Positions 25,742 through 36,778 of a stretch of DNA of 64,000 nt are shown piece by piece (position 1 is the stretch's first letter; every line of letters starts with the position of its first letter). This DNA comes from Anthoceros angustus (Eukaryota; Plantae; Anthocerotophyta): assembly GCA_010909165.1 (NCBI GenBank), contig MU008158.1, positions 2,939,478 to 3,003,477 on the forward strand, written 5' to 3'. A model generated the notes under the pieces. That model was not told where the DNA came from. It did no database searches and was given only the letters and a program-made list of their open reading frames with translations. The position numbers and the translations under genes are program-made.

Positions 25742-27339
25742 CGATTTGCAAAAGCAAAGTCTCCATCGTGCATCATCCACCCCATCCCTACACCAATGCT
25801 CACACACAGTACTCATCGCTTCTAAATTCAGGCAGCAAGAGCAGGACAGGCACTGAGGCCCTCTCAACAATAGCCTAAGTGCCTTGCGCTTCTATCTCTT
25901 CACGCCCTACCAGGATGTGCGAACCTGAATTACACCCCGCTATGTTGCCATCGGAGCATAACAAGAATTGCAGAGCATCAGCACCATAGAATTGCACAGC
26001 ATCAGCACCATAGAATTGCAACAGAACAAGAGCCAAAGGAAATAAAAGCGTGATGGAGGTACGGTGGGCACCTTGGCGCAATGGGAGTAGAATCGTGAAC
26101 TTCTCGGCACAGGAGATGGGAGTCCCAGTGGCCGATCTTGACGAGGCGTCTCAGACAATCTCTATCTCCCACAACGAAGGAGAGATACCGATAAATTCAC
26201 CGTGAATTGAGCATCCGGATACCATTCTGCACTTAGCAACCCCTAAAACTTCACATGCCAATTCTATCCATGAACTTGCCTACCAAGGTGTCCCGACAAC
26301 TACCTCATCCACATCCCTCGCTCAACAATCGCTTAGTGCAGTAAAACACCTAGGCCCGGCGTCGTCTTCCGATTCATCATAGACACATACATGTCTACTG
26401 TGTAGGTCCCGACCACTCAACATCCAGCAATCCTCTTTCAACAATCAAATCAATCAATCACAAAACCTTAGGCTTGGCGTGCATCCTCCAATTCACTACA
26501 TACACATATGTGTGTAAGTATTGCAGCAAGTTTGAGGAGCCTTTCATGGGCTAGATCCACCGTCTAGTCCTTAGGTGTTTTTTGAGGCATAGGATCGCAT
26601 TTTACAACATAACGCCTTGTTAGATTCCCACTATTTTCGAAGCAGGAGCATCATGGCACTTGAAGGCCGTGATGCTGTGCTAAAAGACATGCTCCTGGAC
26701 TTGAAGCGTGCAGGTTCAGCAGCAGGATGTATGTTGATGCACGAGGAAAAGAAGGTTCAATTTGTTTTCATAGCACGAGCATCACGGCACTCTAAGGCCG
26801 TGATGCTCCTGCTAGCAGACATGCTCCTGGACGTGAAGGCCGTTATACATGCAGGTTCATGAGCAGAAGGATGAATGTTGAGCCTATCAAGAGGAATATA
26901 AGATTCAAGTCACAAACCCAACCCAACAACGCACACAACCATCGTAATTAGCTTACCCAAAGCTCTTTCATCCGTGGATTTCACCAATGCCTCTGTCAAC
27001 CCGCAGAGCATTCTTGATCGACAGATCAAGACTATCCAATATCCTTAAACACGCGAGATACATCGGTTAGTGGACAAGTCACAAACCCAACCCAACATTG
27101 CACGCAACCACAAGTTGCGAAATTAGCATACCCCAAGCTCTATCATGGCGAGGATTTCACTTGTGCTTCACAACTCAAGGAGCATTCTTGGATAGCTCTC
27201 AAGACCATCCAATATCCTTGAACACACAAACACATCGATTCTTGGACAAGTCACAAACCCAATCTAACATGGCACGCACCACCGGTTGTGGAATTAGCTT
27301 ACCCCAAGCTCTTTCATGTCATGGACAATGGTGGCCATA

Positions 27340-27720
27340 CAATGGTGCCCAAATAACGCCCAATAATAATGGCGCTAACGCCCAATGGCGCCCAATTAAT
27401 GCCCAACAATGGCGCCAACACCCAACAATGGCGCCAACAATGGCGCTTAACGTCCAACTATGGCGTGATTAACGCCTAACAATGGCGTCCAACACCCAAC
27501 AATGGTACCAAATTAACGCCCAACAATGGCGCCCAATTAACGCCCAACAATGGCGCCTATTAATGCCCAACAATGGCGTCCTACTAACGCCTAACAATGG
27601 CGCCAAGTAATGCCCAATAATGGCACCCAATTAACGCCCAATGGCGCCCGATTAACGCGACAATGGTGCCCAACGCCCAACAATGGCACCCAATTAACGC
27701 CTAACGGTGGCGTAGCCCGA
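27340..27720. repeat. Degenerate cccaacaatggcgc / cccaattaacg tandem repeats
   Basis: More than 15 short units by direct reading. Confidence 0.85.
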
Positions 27721-28063
27721 CAATGGCTGGCCATACAATGGCCCTGCGAAAGGTAAGCATGTACGAACATGTACCATCGAAGGCGCACTTGCTTGTGGGC
27801 ATAGAGGTGGTACCTGCTCACAATAAGAACACTAAAGAAAATGCTAAAGAGCGTGACGTACTAGTATTAGAGCACTAGCGGCCCCCCTCTCAACTTTTTC
27901 CCTCTCCATGCCAGACTGTGTGTAAGGGCTGGGATTAATGGAGTGCGAGCTGCCGAGTGGCACGCCTCCGTACTCTTGAATGGACGCGTTCATCATGCCC
28001 CCACAAAATAACCCCAATCAAATTTAAAATAGCCCTCCCCGCCTCACATTTTGAAGAAAAATG

Positions 28064-28760
28064 CTTTACAACGTAATCTACAACAAGGGAATCACGTCAT
28101 CAATCGGTTGTAAATGGCCTCCTATCATATTTTTGTGATTAATAACAATAATAAAGAGTTTAAAAAATAAAGAACACATTTTGAGAAAATTACTTTACAA
28201 CGTAATCTACAACAAGGAAGCCATGTCATCAATCGTTGTAAATGGCCTCCTATCATATTTTTGTGATTAATAATAATAATAAAGAGTTAAACAAATAAAG
28301 AACACATTTTGAGAAAAATGTTTTACAACGTAATCTACAACAAGGAGCCATGTCATCAATCGCTGTAAATGGCCTCCAATCATATTTTTGTGATTAATAA
28401 TAATAATAAAGAGTTTTGAAGAAATAAAGAACAAATTTTGAGAAAAGGCTTTTACAACGTAATCTACAACAAGGAGCCACGTCATCGCATGCTGTTGTAA
28501 ATGGCCAATCATATTTTTGTGGTTAATAATAATAACAAAGAGTTTTGAAGAAATAAAGAACAAATTTTGAGAAAAGGCTTTTACAACGTAATCTACAACA
28601 AGGAGCCACGTCATACATCGTTGTAAATGGCTTCCAATCATATTTTTGTGATTAGTGATGTTAATAAAGATTTTAGAAAAATAAAGATCAAATTTTGAAA
28701 AAGCTTTTACAACGTAATCTACAACGTGGGAGCCACGTCATCAATCCGTTGTTGTAAATG
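28064..28760. repeat. ~128-bp subterminal tandem repeat, 6 copies, at the CACTA right end
   Basis: tttacaacgtaatctacaac recurs at ~28064, 28194, 28322, 28452, 28580 and 28706; each unit carries an inverted gttgtaaa. Confidence 0.9.
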
Positions 28761-29248
28761 AGCACCCAAAAGAGTGCCACATCATCCAACTAGAAACCCC
28801 TGTAAACCGAGTCTTAAAACTTGCCACATCAGCGAAACTCAAACCAATTTACAACGGAGGTGTTTAGACGTTGTAAAGATTGGGGGATTTGCAAAAGGGG
28901 TTTTGTAAAACACCCCTCTCCCTAGTAGTGGAGGGCTAGCTCCAGGACCCCCTCACCACCTCCAAGCCCCAAGAGAAGACGGGCAGAGAAAGAGTTAGCG
29001 GCCAAGAGGGCCAAGGAGGTGGAAGGTCCGGACCAGAACACTCAGGACCTGAGGGTCCTAATTAGGTCCGGAGATCCCAGTCCGGCCTCCCTCCGGACTG
29101 CCGTATGGCGGTCCTTAACGGACCGAGAGATGCCCGCTCCCACGACGCACTTCCTGGGTGCCTCCCCAGCGGTGGCCGTAGAAGAGACACTGTGCTGCAA
29201 CCGCCATGTATGCCTGGGGCCTGAACGGGAAGGGAGAAGACCCGTGAA

Positions 29249-30007
29249 GTGGAGGCCACCAGAGAGGCGGATGGTGCCGCTCCGTGGTCAGTGGAGGCGC
29301 CCAAGGCGAAGAAGGCGGAGTCCCTCGCGAGAATCGAGGAGGAGAAGCGCCGAGCGGCAGAGAGGGAGGCCAGGTCCATTCAACAAGATCGAACCAAGAT
29401 CCTTCACCTGTGCGAACAGCTGAAGCAAGCGCAGGAGGCCCAAGCAAAGGCAGAGGACCTTTGCAGAAGGAGGGAAGTGGCCCAGGAGGAGGCCGAGGAA
29501 GCCCGGAGGCAAGCAGAACGGGCTAAGGACCTGGCTGAGACGGCTCGACAGGAGCAACGCCAAGCCTGGGAGGCTCAGGTGAAGGGGGCGGGGGAGGCCG
29601 AAGCCGCTTCAAAAACAGACAGGGACCACTACCGGGGGAATCGGAACCGATGGAGGGAGACGGCAGGAGCAGCCGCGGCCAACTTGAAGGCCGAACAGAC
29701 GGCAGCGGAGCAGGCACGGACAAGCCGTGCAGAGGAGAGGGAGGCCAGCAACCGGGAGATGGAGGATCTCCGGGCACAGCTGCAAAGGACGGAGGAGCGG
29801 CAGGAGATGGAAGACCGCAAGGAGACTTTGGAGCTGCAGCTCCAAGTGACCGTGGAGCGGAACGGGGACCTCCAAGGAAGAATTGAGGACCACGAACGGG
29901 AGATAGAGCGGCTCCAGCTCTGTTGGAGGGTGGAGGAGGTGCGACAACGAAACAAGGAGCAGGACGTCGCCGAGATGGAGAAAGACTTGGATGAAGCAAT
30001 GAGGTGA
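29249..30007 (+). CDS. Gypsy extra ORF, C-terminal coiled-coil-like part (252 aa)
   Basis: E/R/A/Q-rich heptad-like ORF; a homologous degenerate copy lies on the minus strand at ~57.4-58.2 kb. Confidence 0.6.
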   Translation: MEATREADGAAPWSVEAPKAKKAESLARIEEEKRRAAEREARSIQQDRTKILHLCEQLKQAQEAQAKAEDLCRRREVAQEEAEEARRQAERAKDLAETARQEQRQAWEAQVKGAGEAEAASKTDRDHYRGNRNRWRETAGAAAANLKAEQTAAEQARTSRAEEREASNREMEDLRAQLQRTEERQEMEDRKETLELQLQVTVERNGDLQGRIEDHEREIERLQLCWRVEEVRQRNKEQDVAEMEKDLDEAMR

Positions 30008-30719
30008 GCGGGCCCACTTTGGGAAGGAGATATGAGCTTCAAGCAAGGATGAATGGTGGGAGAGAGCTCAGCGAGCACGGACCCACTCGGAGGAGGCGGG
30101 AGGAGGCAGCTGCGCCATGGCCAGTAAGTTGGCCGAATTGAAGAAACGCCGGGAGACGGAGCACGCGGAGCAGCAGCAGAGGCTGCAGGAAGTGACGGAG
30201 GCATCTTTGGCGGCCTCAAGAGATTCCGCCCGGCTCCAGTTGGCGAGCCTTGCGACAGAGACGGCCTAGCAAGCCGGCTAGCACGCCCAACTGCCGGAGC
30301 ACCTTTGGAGGAGGGAGTACCGGGTGCTCCAAGCGCATGTGGAGGAGGCAATTCAACAAGTCGATTCAGACTTTGCCTACTACCACGCCGAGCTCCTCAA
30401 GGCCTTGGAGGTCCTGAGCCAACCCCGTCAAATCGACGGACCTCCGAATGGATCAGAGGGAGGGGGAGGAGATGAAGGTCCCGGGGATAGTACAGCCACC
30501 GGGACCTTAGTATCGCTGTTCGGGGACGAGGGCAGCAGCGGGGAGGAGCCCCGGGAGGAGCAGGATGCGGCAGACACAACGAAGCATGAGGTAAGCTTGC
30601 CGCAACCCTCCAAGGAAGGCAGGGACGAGGGACCCGAGGGGGCTGGAGAGGGGGAAGTCCGGGGAGACCCAAGCCAGGTGGGGGGTCCGATGAGCGGGGA
30701 GGGACCTCCAGGTGGAGAA

Positions 30720-31135
30720 GTTCAAGGGCCCGAGTTCAAGGGCCCGAGAGTTCAAGGGCCCGAGAGTCCGGAGTTCAAGGGCCCTTGAACCCTGAGGTCC
30801 GGACTCCGGAAATAAGACCAGACCCTGAGGTCCGGACTCCGCAAATAAGGCCGGACCCCGAGGTCCGGACTCCAGAGTCAAGGCTAGACCCCGAGGTCCG
30901 GACTCCAGAGTCGAGGCTGGACCCCGAGGTCCGGACTCAGGAGGAGAGGGGAATCACCCAGGCACCTTTCGTAGTAGTCTCCGGTGGTCCCAGGCACGGA
31001 CCCACTGAGGTCCTGACTCATAAATAAGGCCGGACCCGAGGTCCCCAGTCAAGGCTAGACCCCGAGGTCCGGACTCCAGAGTCGAGGCTGGACCCCGAGG
31101 TCCGGACTCAGGAGGAGAGGGGGAATCACCACCGA
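30720..31135. repeat. ~33-bp minisatellite (ccccgaggtccggactccagagtc..ggct.gac) plus ttcaagggcccgag repeats in the Gypsy 3' non-coding region
   Basis: Multiple tandem copies upstream of the PPT. A related ggtc(c)ggact array lies at 56630-56760 in the second element. Confidence 0.85.
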
Positions 31136-31214
31136 CCTGCTCAGGCGAAGTAGTCTCCGGTGGTCCCACAGGGCACGGACCCACTCGGAGGTCAGGAGAG
31201 GACGGAGAGGGGGA

Positions 31215-32840
31215 TGTGGTGGTTACCGCGGTTGTCAGACCGCCGCCGGTAGCTCAACCTGACAGAGTCTCGGGAAGGGGAAGGGGCCCCGCCTCGCGGA
31301 TCATCCGATTGGGTGCGCCGCAACTGTCCGGGCTAGGGATTGGGCCACCAGCGCCGAGGCGGAACAAAGAGCACTCCATTACCGTGACGATGTAGATAGG
31401 CGGAATAGTAGGCGGGCAAGGCACCTGAAATGGCTACCGTAATAGGAGTGTAATAAAGACGCCGCCTTGGGCGAGTATAAGAGGGCAGTGCTCTAGTAAA
31501 GCATCTTTTTCTTGGGGTGGATACTGCGTTTCCTTGTAGACCCTTGTGCGTCTTTGCTAACGTGAGTCCTGAGTCATTGAGCAGGCACAGCAGCCCCAGA
31601 GAGATTGATCAAGGTCCTAGTGATGGACCCTAACGTGTGGTGGTGTGTGCAGGGACGAACGATTAGAGAGCCTTGCTCTTCCAGAGCCGGGGGTCGACAT
31701 TGGACGGACCAGAACGCGTGAGCCGGTGGAACTCGGGGAGGGCGTGTAGAGCCCAGACGGAGAGGCCCGGCGGAACGATGACGGAGGTCGGAGAGGACGG
31801 AGAGGGGATGCAGGTTACCGGTTGTCGGACCCGCCCGGTAGCTCAACCACAGTCTCGGGAAGGGGCCCGCCTCGCCGGATCATCCGATTGTGCGCTGCAA
31901 CTGGCTGCCAGGGATTGGGCCACCAGAGGTGAACAAAGAGCACTCCCAGCCCCACCGCCGATGATGTAGATAGGCGGAATAGTAGGCGGCAGGCACACCG
32001 AAATGGCTACAGCTTTTAATAGGAGTGTAATAAAGACGCCGCCCTTGGGCGTAGTATAAGAGGGGTGGCCGCTCTAGTAAAGCATCTTTTCTTGGGGTGG
32101 ATATCTGCGTTTCCTTGTAGACCCTTGCGTCTTTGCTAACGTGAGTCCCGAGTCATTGAGACAGCCCCAGAGATTGATCAAGGTCCTAGTGATGGACCCT
32201 AACGGTGGTGGTGCGGACGAACGATTAGAGCCTTGCTCTTCCAGAGCCGGGGGTCGACATTGGACGGACCAGAACGCGTGAGCCGGTGGAACTCGGGAGG
32301 CGGTAGAGCCCAGACGGAGAGGCCCGGCGGAACGATGACGGAGGTCCGGACCACGCAACCCACCCACTCTTCCCAAAAGAATGATGAGCGAGTGAGAGTG
32401 GTGAGGAGAACGGACTAGAGGCGAGGCGATCGGTAGACTACGGACGCGAACGAGTCTCAAACGCTTACCTGGCCCGTCTCGTGAACGTTAAGAGTAGTTA
32501 GTAGTAAACTGAGACCGCGCGCATTTTGGGTCCGAAACGGTCATGACGGTGAGGTGAGAATCGGTTGAGACGTGCCAAACGGAACCTATCATTCTCTTGG
32601 GAACGTCCCCCTTGCTACAACGACATGGGACTGTGCGCGCCCGGCTGGCCGTCAGCGAAAGTCGCGCCACAACATGCCTGACCACGAAGTTCTTCAAGCG
32701 GTTGGTGGTTTTGAAATGCGTGATCGTGGGGGCTAGTCCCCCTGGCATGGTGCCCTTCGTTGGGTTTTTCCCCTTTTGTTTTTGGGGTGGATGGGTTTTT
32801 CCCATCTCTTTTTCAAAATAAAGTCGTGTTTCCCCCCTCA
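31215..32840 (+). mobile_element. Gypsy 3' LTR with a tandem duplication of PPT plus the first ~580 bp
   Basis: 31197-31790 is repeated at 31791-32345. Homology to the second element continues to ~32710. An AATAAA and ...cccctCA occur near 32840 (end inferred). Confidence 0.7.
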
Positions 32841-33653
32841 AAAGCCAAGAGTTATGTAGCAGGTTTCATAATAATGAAAAATAAATGATGAATCTCTTAA
32901 AATTAATAGGTATTGGACAAGAAAAATCAAGTTATATTGCTTCAATGATTAATCACTGAAGCAAAATACAACTCCGCCAATTAAAAAAATGATGTAAATG
33001 AAAAAATGCGTCCAACAATGATCTAGATATTGGACCCTAGCTTTTTGAGGCTGGGGCATGGTGCTAAATTTGATGGGAGAGGTTGTATTTGATCAGTAAT
33101 ATGAACCGTAGGTTTTCGAGTCCCTGGCGATCCATTGGTCAATTATAACATGAGATCATGTGAACTCGTCATTTGTTTGTACGTCTCCCTTGTGAGCCTT
33201 ACAACAATTCGACCTCCAGAGATTTGTTTCTCTCTTATGCACATGAGAAGCGATTGCTACATACCTTCAAACATATTGGGGGATGGTGGAGGCACTGGTT
33301 AGAGAAACAAGGCCCCTCGACCTGTTTTTTCTTTCTGGAGAAGAGAATACCATGGTTGCGCCAACCTAATTCAAGATCTTGTGAACATTTGAGCATTCCA
33401 AACCCATGTTCATGATTATCACTCATGACATTAATATACCCAGTACCTATAATTTGAGGACGGCAGAAAATTGCGGAGTATCTAAGAAGAGCAACATGCT
33501 TAACATGGAATGATACTAGAGTACTTGGTAAAGGGACTACGAAAGATTGAGGAATTCTTAAAAAGACCAATGTGTTGAACAACGCAAAATGATACGAAAG
33601 AGTATTTGTGTTAAGCAGATATGTTGGAATCACAAGCTCAGAAATATAATTAT

Positions 33654-34284
33654 TAGTCCTTGGTCCTCGAGCTGACTATTTAAGGATCACTACGAACTCA
33701 CAGTTCGGGAGCTCAGTTCGCGCAGTTCGGGTCAGTCCCAGGTCAATAGTCAACATCGAACTACACTCGAATCACCGCACAGACACAATCCATGGTGGTA
33801 ACTACTGTAGTTCGCTGACAATGTGTTGACGTAGCAAGTAATGATTGGCTGCCAGTTGAGTTTCTCTCAGTTCGGACGAACTGAGATGAAAGAAAAGGTA
33901 TTGTACATTTTGCTTTTACCGGTTGCCTCTGCCACTTCCTTTTTGTACGAAATTTTTTGTCTTGTGTTTCAGCTTAACCTCGAGCTCCTGCCGGGAGGGT
34001 TTTGCGGGCTGTTCCGTGGGGATCTGCTTTGCTTGGCTTGACAAGCAAATCCTTGTTTTCACCAAGATTGCGCAGTGCTTATCGAGGAAGTGTCTACTTT
34101 CAAGCCACTTGCAGGAATGTGAAGCTTGTTTCTCATTCTTACCACAAGTACGATTGCTACGTACCTACACGAGGAATCATTGATGATGTAGGACTCAAAA
34201 ATCAGCCCTAGAAAGAAAGCCCCTTTGCCGATGTTGAGTGATATCATCCATTGATACGGTTTGATACTTGGGGACCAAGGACTA
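33654..34284. mobile_element. 631-bp element bounded by a 13-bp perfect TIR (TAGTCCTTGGTCC), MITE-like or hAT-like
   Basis: tagtccttggtcc at 33654-33666 and ggaccaaggacta at 34272-34284. There is no 8-bp TSD, although the terminal TA could be a TA TSD. Confidence 0.5.
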
Positions 34285-34759
34285 CTTAGGACCCTTACAC
34301 ACTAGCACTTCTATCGAACTGAGTTCGATAGAAGTAAACTGTGGCTCGCGAATTGTGACTTCTCGGACAAGCGCATACAACTAAACTATAGAAAATCACC
34401 TCATTGTCATTCCGCTCGAGATCTCATATAATGGCTCGATTTAACATGTTTCCCTCGTGCGAAACGAGCTGCGTGTAATTAAATCTTCATTTAATTTTAT
34501 TTATTAAAAAAAGACCTACATACTTTGATGCAAAACTTAAGTTGGGAAGAGCTTGCATCATTTGAGTGCAACGATTTAAAGGCCATTGACTCCAAAGTTA
34601 TAATACATAGGAAGGGGAAGGAAAATCAAGGATACTTAGCTCACCAACATCTATATATTATTGGTTCAATCAAATTATACATTAGAGAGTTATGTTTTCT
34701 CATTGCTGAATCAAAATTGTGTTATCCGATGTCACAAAAACAAGTAAATTCCAAGGATA

Positions 34760-34906
34760 CAACTTCAACTTCAACTTCAACTTCAACTTCAACTTCAACT
34801 TCAACTTCAACTTCAACTTCAACTTCAACTTCAACTTCAACTTCAACTTCAACTTCAACTTCAACTTCAACTTCAACTTCAACTTCAACTTCAACTTCAA
34901 CTTCAA
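34760..34906. repeat. (AACTTC)n hexamer microsatellite, ~24 perfect units
   Basis: Direct reading of the sequence. Confidence 0.97.
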
Positions 34907-34956
34907 GTGCAGTTCCTTCTCGTTCGCTGGCAGCGGGACCAACACTTGTGAGGAAT

Positions 34957-35166
34957 GACACTTGCGATCTCGGTCATCCGCAAAAGTCACAAGACACTTG
35001 CGATCTCGGTCATCCGCAAAAGTCACAAGACACTTGCGATCTCGGTCATCCGCAAAAGTCACAAGACACTTGCGATCTCGGTCATCCGCAAAAGTCACAA
35101 GACACTTGCGATTTCCGTCATCCGCAAAAGTCACAAGACACTTGCGATCTCGGTCATTCGCAAAAG
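34957..35166. repeat. 36-bp minisatellite, ~5.8 copies
   Basis: gacacttgcgatctcggtcatccgcaaaagtcacaa at 34957, 34993, 35029, 35065, 35101 and 35137. Confidence 0.97.
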
Positions 35167-36172
35167 CAAGGCCAACGCATGCGGAAAGTTCTTAACCCCT
35201 TGTCGACGAATCGACTTATTTTGAGTCTTTGGCATCGAAGAACAACCATATCTTTGTTGTTTAATGTGGTCCTTATGAGATGTGGTTGACAGAATGTGGA
35301 GAAGGTAATGGGCTATTTGTGGACTTCATGGGGAAAACAATTTGCTCCCCATGCACACAGCAGCGGGAAGTTTGAGATTCCATGAGATGCTTTGGAACTC
35401 ACGGTAAGCATGGTAAGAGGACCGGGATTGGGTTGAGCACCGCGCGCTCCGACCACAAAAGCCTGCTCGTCGTGGCAGGCATGCAATGGCCATGTCCATC
35501 GAAGCCGACACACGTACAATCGTGCGGGAACGTGGCTTGCGTTTTGACATAGGGTACGCGACCCACCTGGTTAGACTCACACACCCGGGGGGGGAGAGAT
35601 AACACATTCTGCAAAATGTAAAATTTTCCATGTTTTAAATCTGATTTCACAACCACCCAAGTTTTATAACACTGTCCAAGTCCTATCAACACGATTTGAT
35701 TACCGAGGTGCAACCCAGCAAAAAAATTCCCCAAATCGTTCCCGAGTTTCACAACCTGGAACTACGAATCAATTTGCATTCAAGAAATACCAGACATCGG
35801 CAAGCGATGGAGAGAGACGTCGGTCGGGCTCGTAATTGTCGTTTTAAGTCCAAACACAAAAACATTGTCAAGCCCCTCCCATATTTTCCATCATTTAACG
35901 GTCGATAAAAACGGGGAAAACCCTCCGTCCATTATGGGTTAAGACATAATAGCAGAATTCATCCCCCACAAGAAGCCCTTGCATGGACCATCGCCACAGC
36001 AAGCAGCCACGGCACTCGGGACTCTAGAGAAAATTCACTTCATTATAGTGGAGAAATAACAGATCACAGAAGCAAGCTCAAAGTTCACCAACAAGCTTGT
36101 CGTGAAGTGTCATGCATTCTATCCTTCCCGGTGGCCGTGCAATCCGACCAGGCAGCTGATCTTCCCGAACCG

Positions 36173-36601
36173 CTACGCCAGTCCTCCACTCGAAGCTGTC
36201 CTGATTATCTGAAGAAGAGCTGCCACAAAATCTAGTCTCAGCCATGTGCCGCACGAACCACCTCCCTGGCCATAATTCAGGGACGAAACTTACCAGACCC
36301 TATGACAACAAAGATGAAGAAGCCTAAGACCATGGGGCCAACCGGGTACTGACTACCCTTCTTCAATGTGGTCTCTGGCACAGCTCCTCGCTTAAGAACA
36401 TTCTTCTGGAACTTGGCAATTTTCCGATCCGCCAATCTCTTAGATGTCGTCTGCCAGCACCAAAGGTGAACGTAGTATGAGCTAGTTGGCACACCCCTGT
36501 GCAAAACAATCGTGAGGCAGATCCGGCTGCAGCGCGCTATTCCTGCTCCACCACTTCGTCAGTTGTCACGAATCCAGACCGTTCGACCTACAACTCACCA
36601 T
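36173..36601 (-). CDS. SERP1: Stress-associated ER protein / ribosome-associated membrane protein RAMP4 (SERP), 3 coding exons
   Basis: ATG (36601-36599) is followed directly by GTGAGT. Exon 36450-36294 encodes TTSKRLADRKIAKFQKNVLKRGAVPETTLKKGSQYPVGPMVLGFFIFVVIGS; exon 36219-36173 encodes ALLQIIRTASSGGLA*. Confidence 0.93.
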
Positions 36602-36778
36602 CTTGTCCGCAAGCAGGAGTCACGCGACTGGTGAGTGCTTCAGAGCGATGTAGACGAGGAACTTCACACCGATAAAGATTTTAGGGCTGAATGAGTCCGG
36701 TTATATGGGCTGTGCCGGTTATGTGGCCTGCCGATTCTGCCCGGACACGTCTCGAATGACTTTCACGTCTTCACGCGT

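Larger units (their letters stand above)
22467..28930 (+). mobile_element. Complete, probably non-autonomous CACTA element (6464 bp) with 3-bp TSD GAG
   Basis: Left end CACTACAAGAATCGCAGGTGTTTTACAAC; right end (reverse complement) CACTACTAGGGAGAGGGGTGTTTTACAAA. gag flanks both sides (22464-22466, 28931-28933). Dense TTTACAAC/GTTGTAAA subterminal motifs. No transposase was recognised. Confidence 0.93.
20635..32840 (+). mobile_element. 5'-truncated Ty3/Gypsy (non-chromovirus, Athila/Tat-like) element: post-pol region, extra ORF, 3' tandem repeats, PPT and 3' LTR; interrupted by CACTA
   Basis: Colinear homology with the minus-strand Gypsy at 55.5-60.1 kb. The PPT aggagaggacggagaggggga precedes TG at 31215. 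No pol is present upstream of 20635. The right end is approximate. Confidence 0.85.

Noticed and set aside
28064-28760. Regularly spaced tttacaacgtaatctacaac repeats as a CRISPR-like array
   Set aside because: The intervening sequences are similar to one another, so this is a tandem repeat. It is the CACTA subterminal region.
32464-32473. cttacctgg, resembling the U1 snRNA 5' end
   Set aside because: No further U1 similarity; it lies within the LTR.
33235-33633. Possible PIF/Harbinger transposase fragment (HEHGFGMLK...CLHH)
   Set aside because: The similarity is too weak to support by eye; an HMM search (DDE_Tnp_4) would be needed.
34700-35134. Poly-(LK), poly-(VE) and poly-(NF) ORFs
   Set aside because: Alternative frames of the (AACTTC)n tract.
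34957-35166. 36-bp direct repeats as a CRISPR array
   Set aside because: The repeats are contiguous with no spacers, the context is eukaryotic, and there are no cas genes.
35380-35620. GC-rich, locally self-complementary stretch as a structured ncRNA (telomerase RNA, snRNA or riboswitch)
   Set aside because: Only short hairpins. No telomeric template, no recognisable snRNA/SRP/TPP motif, and no convincing USE-TATA promoter.
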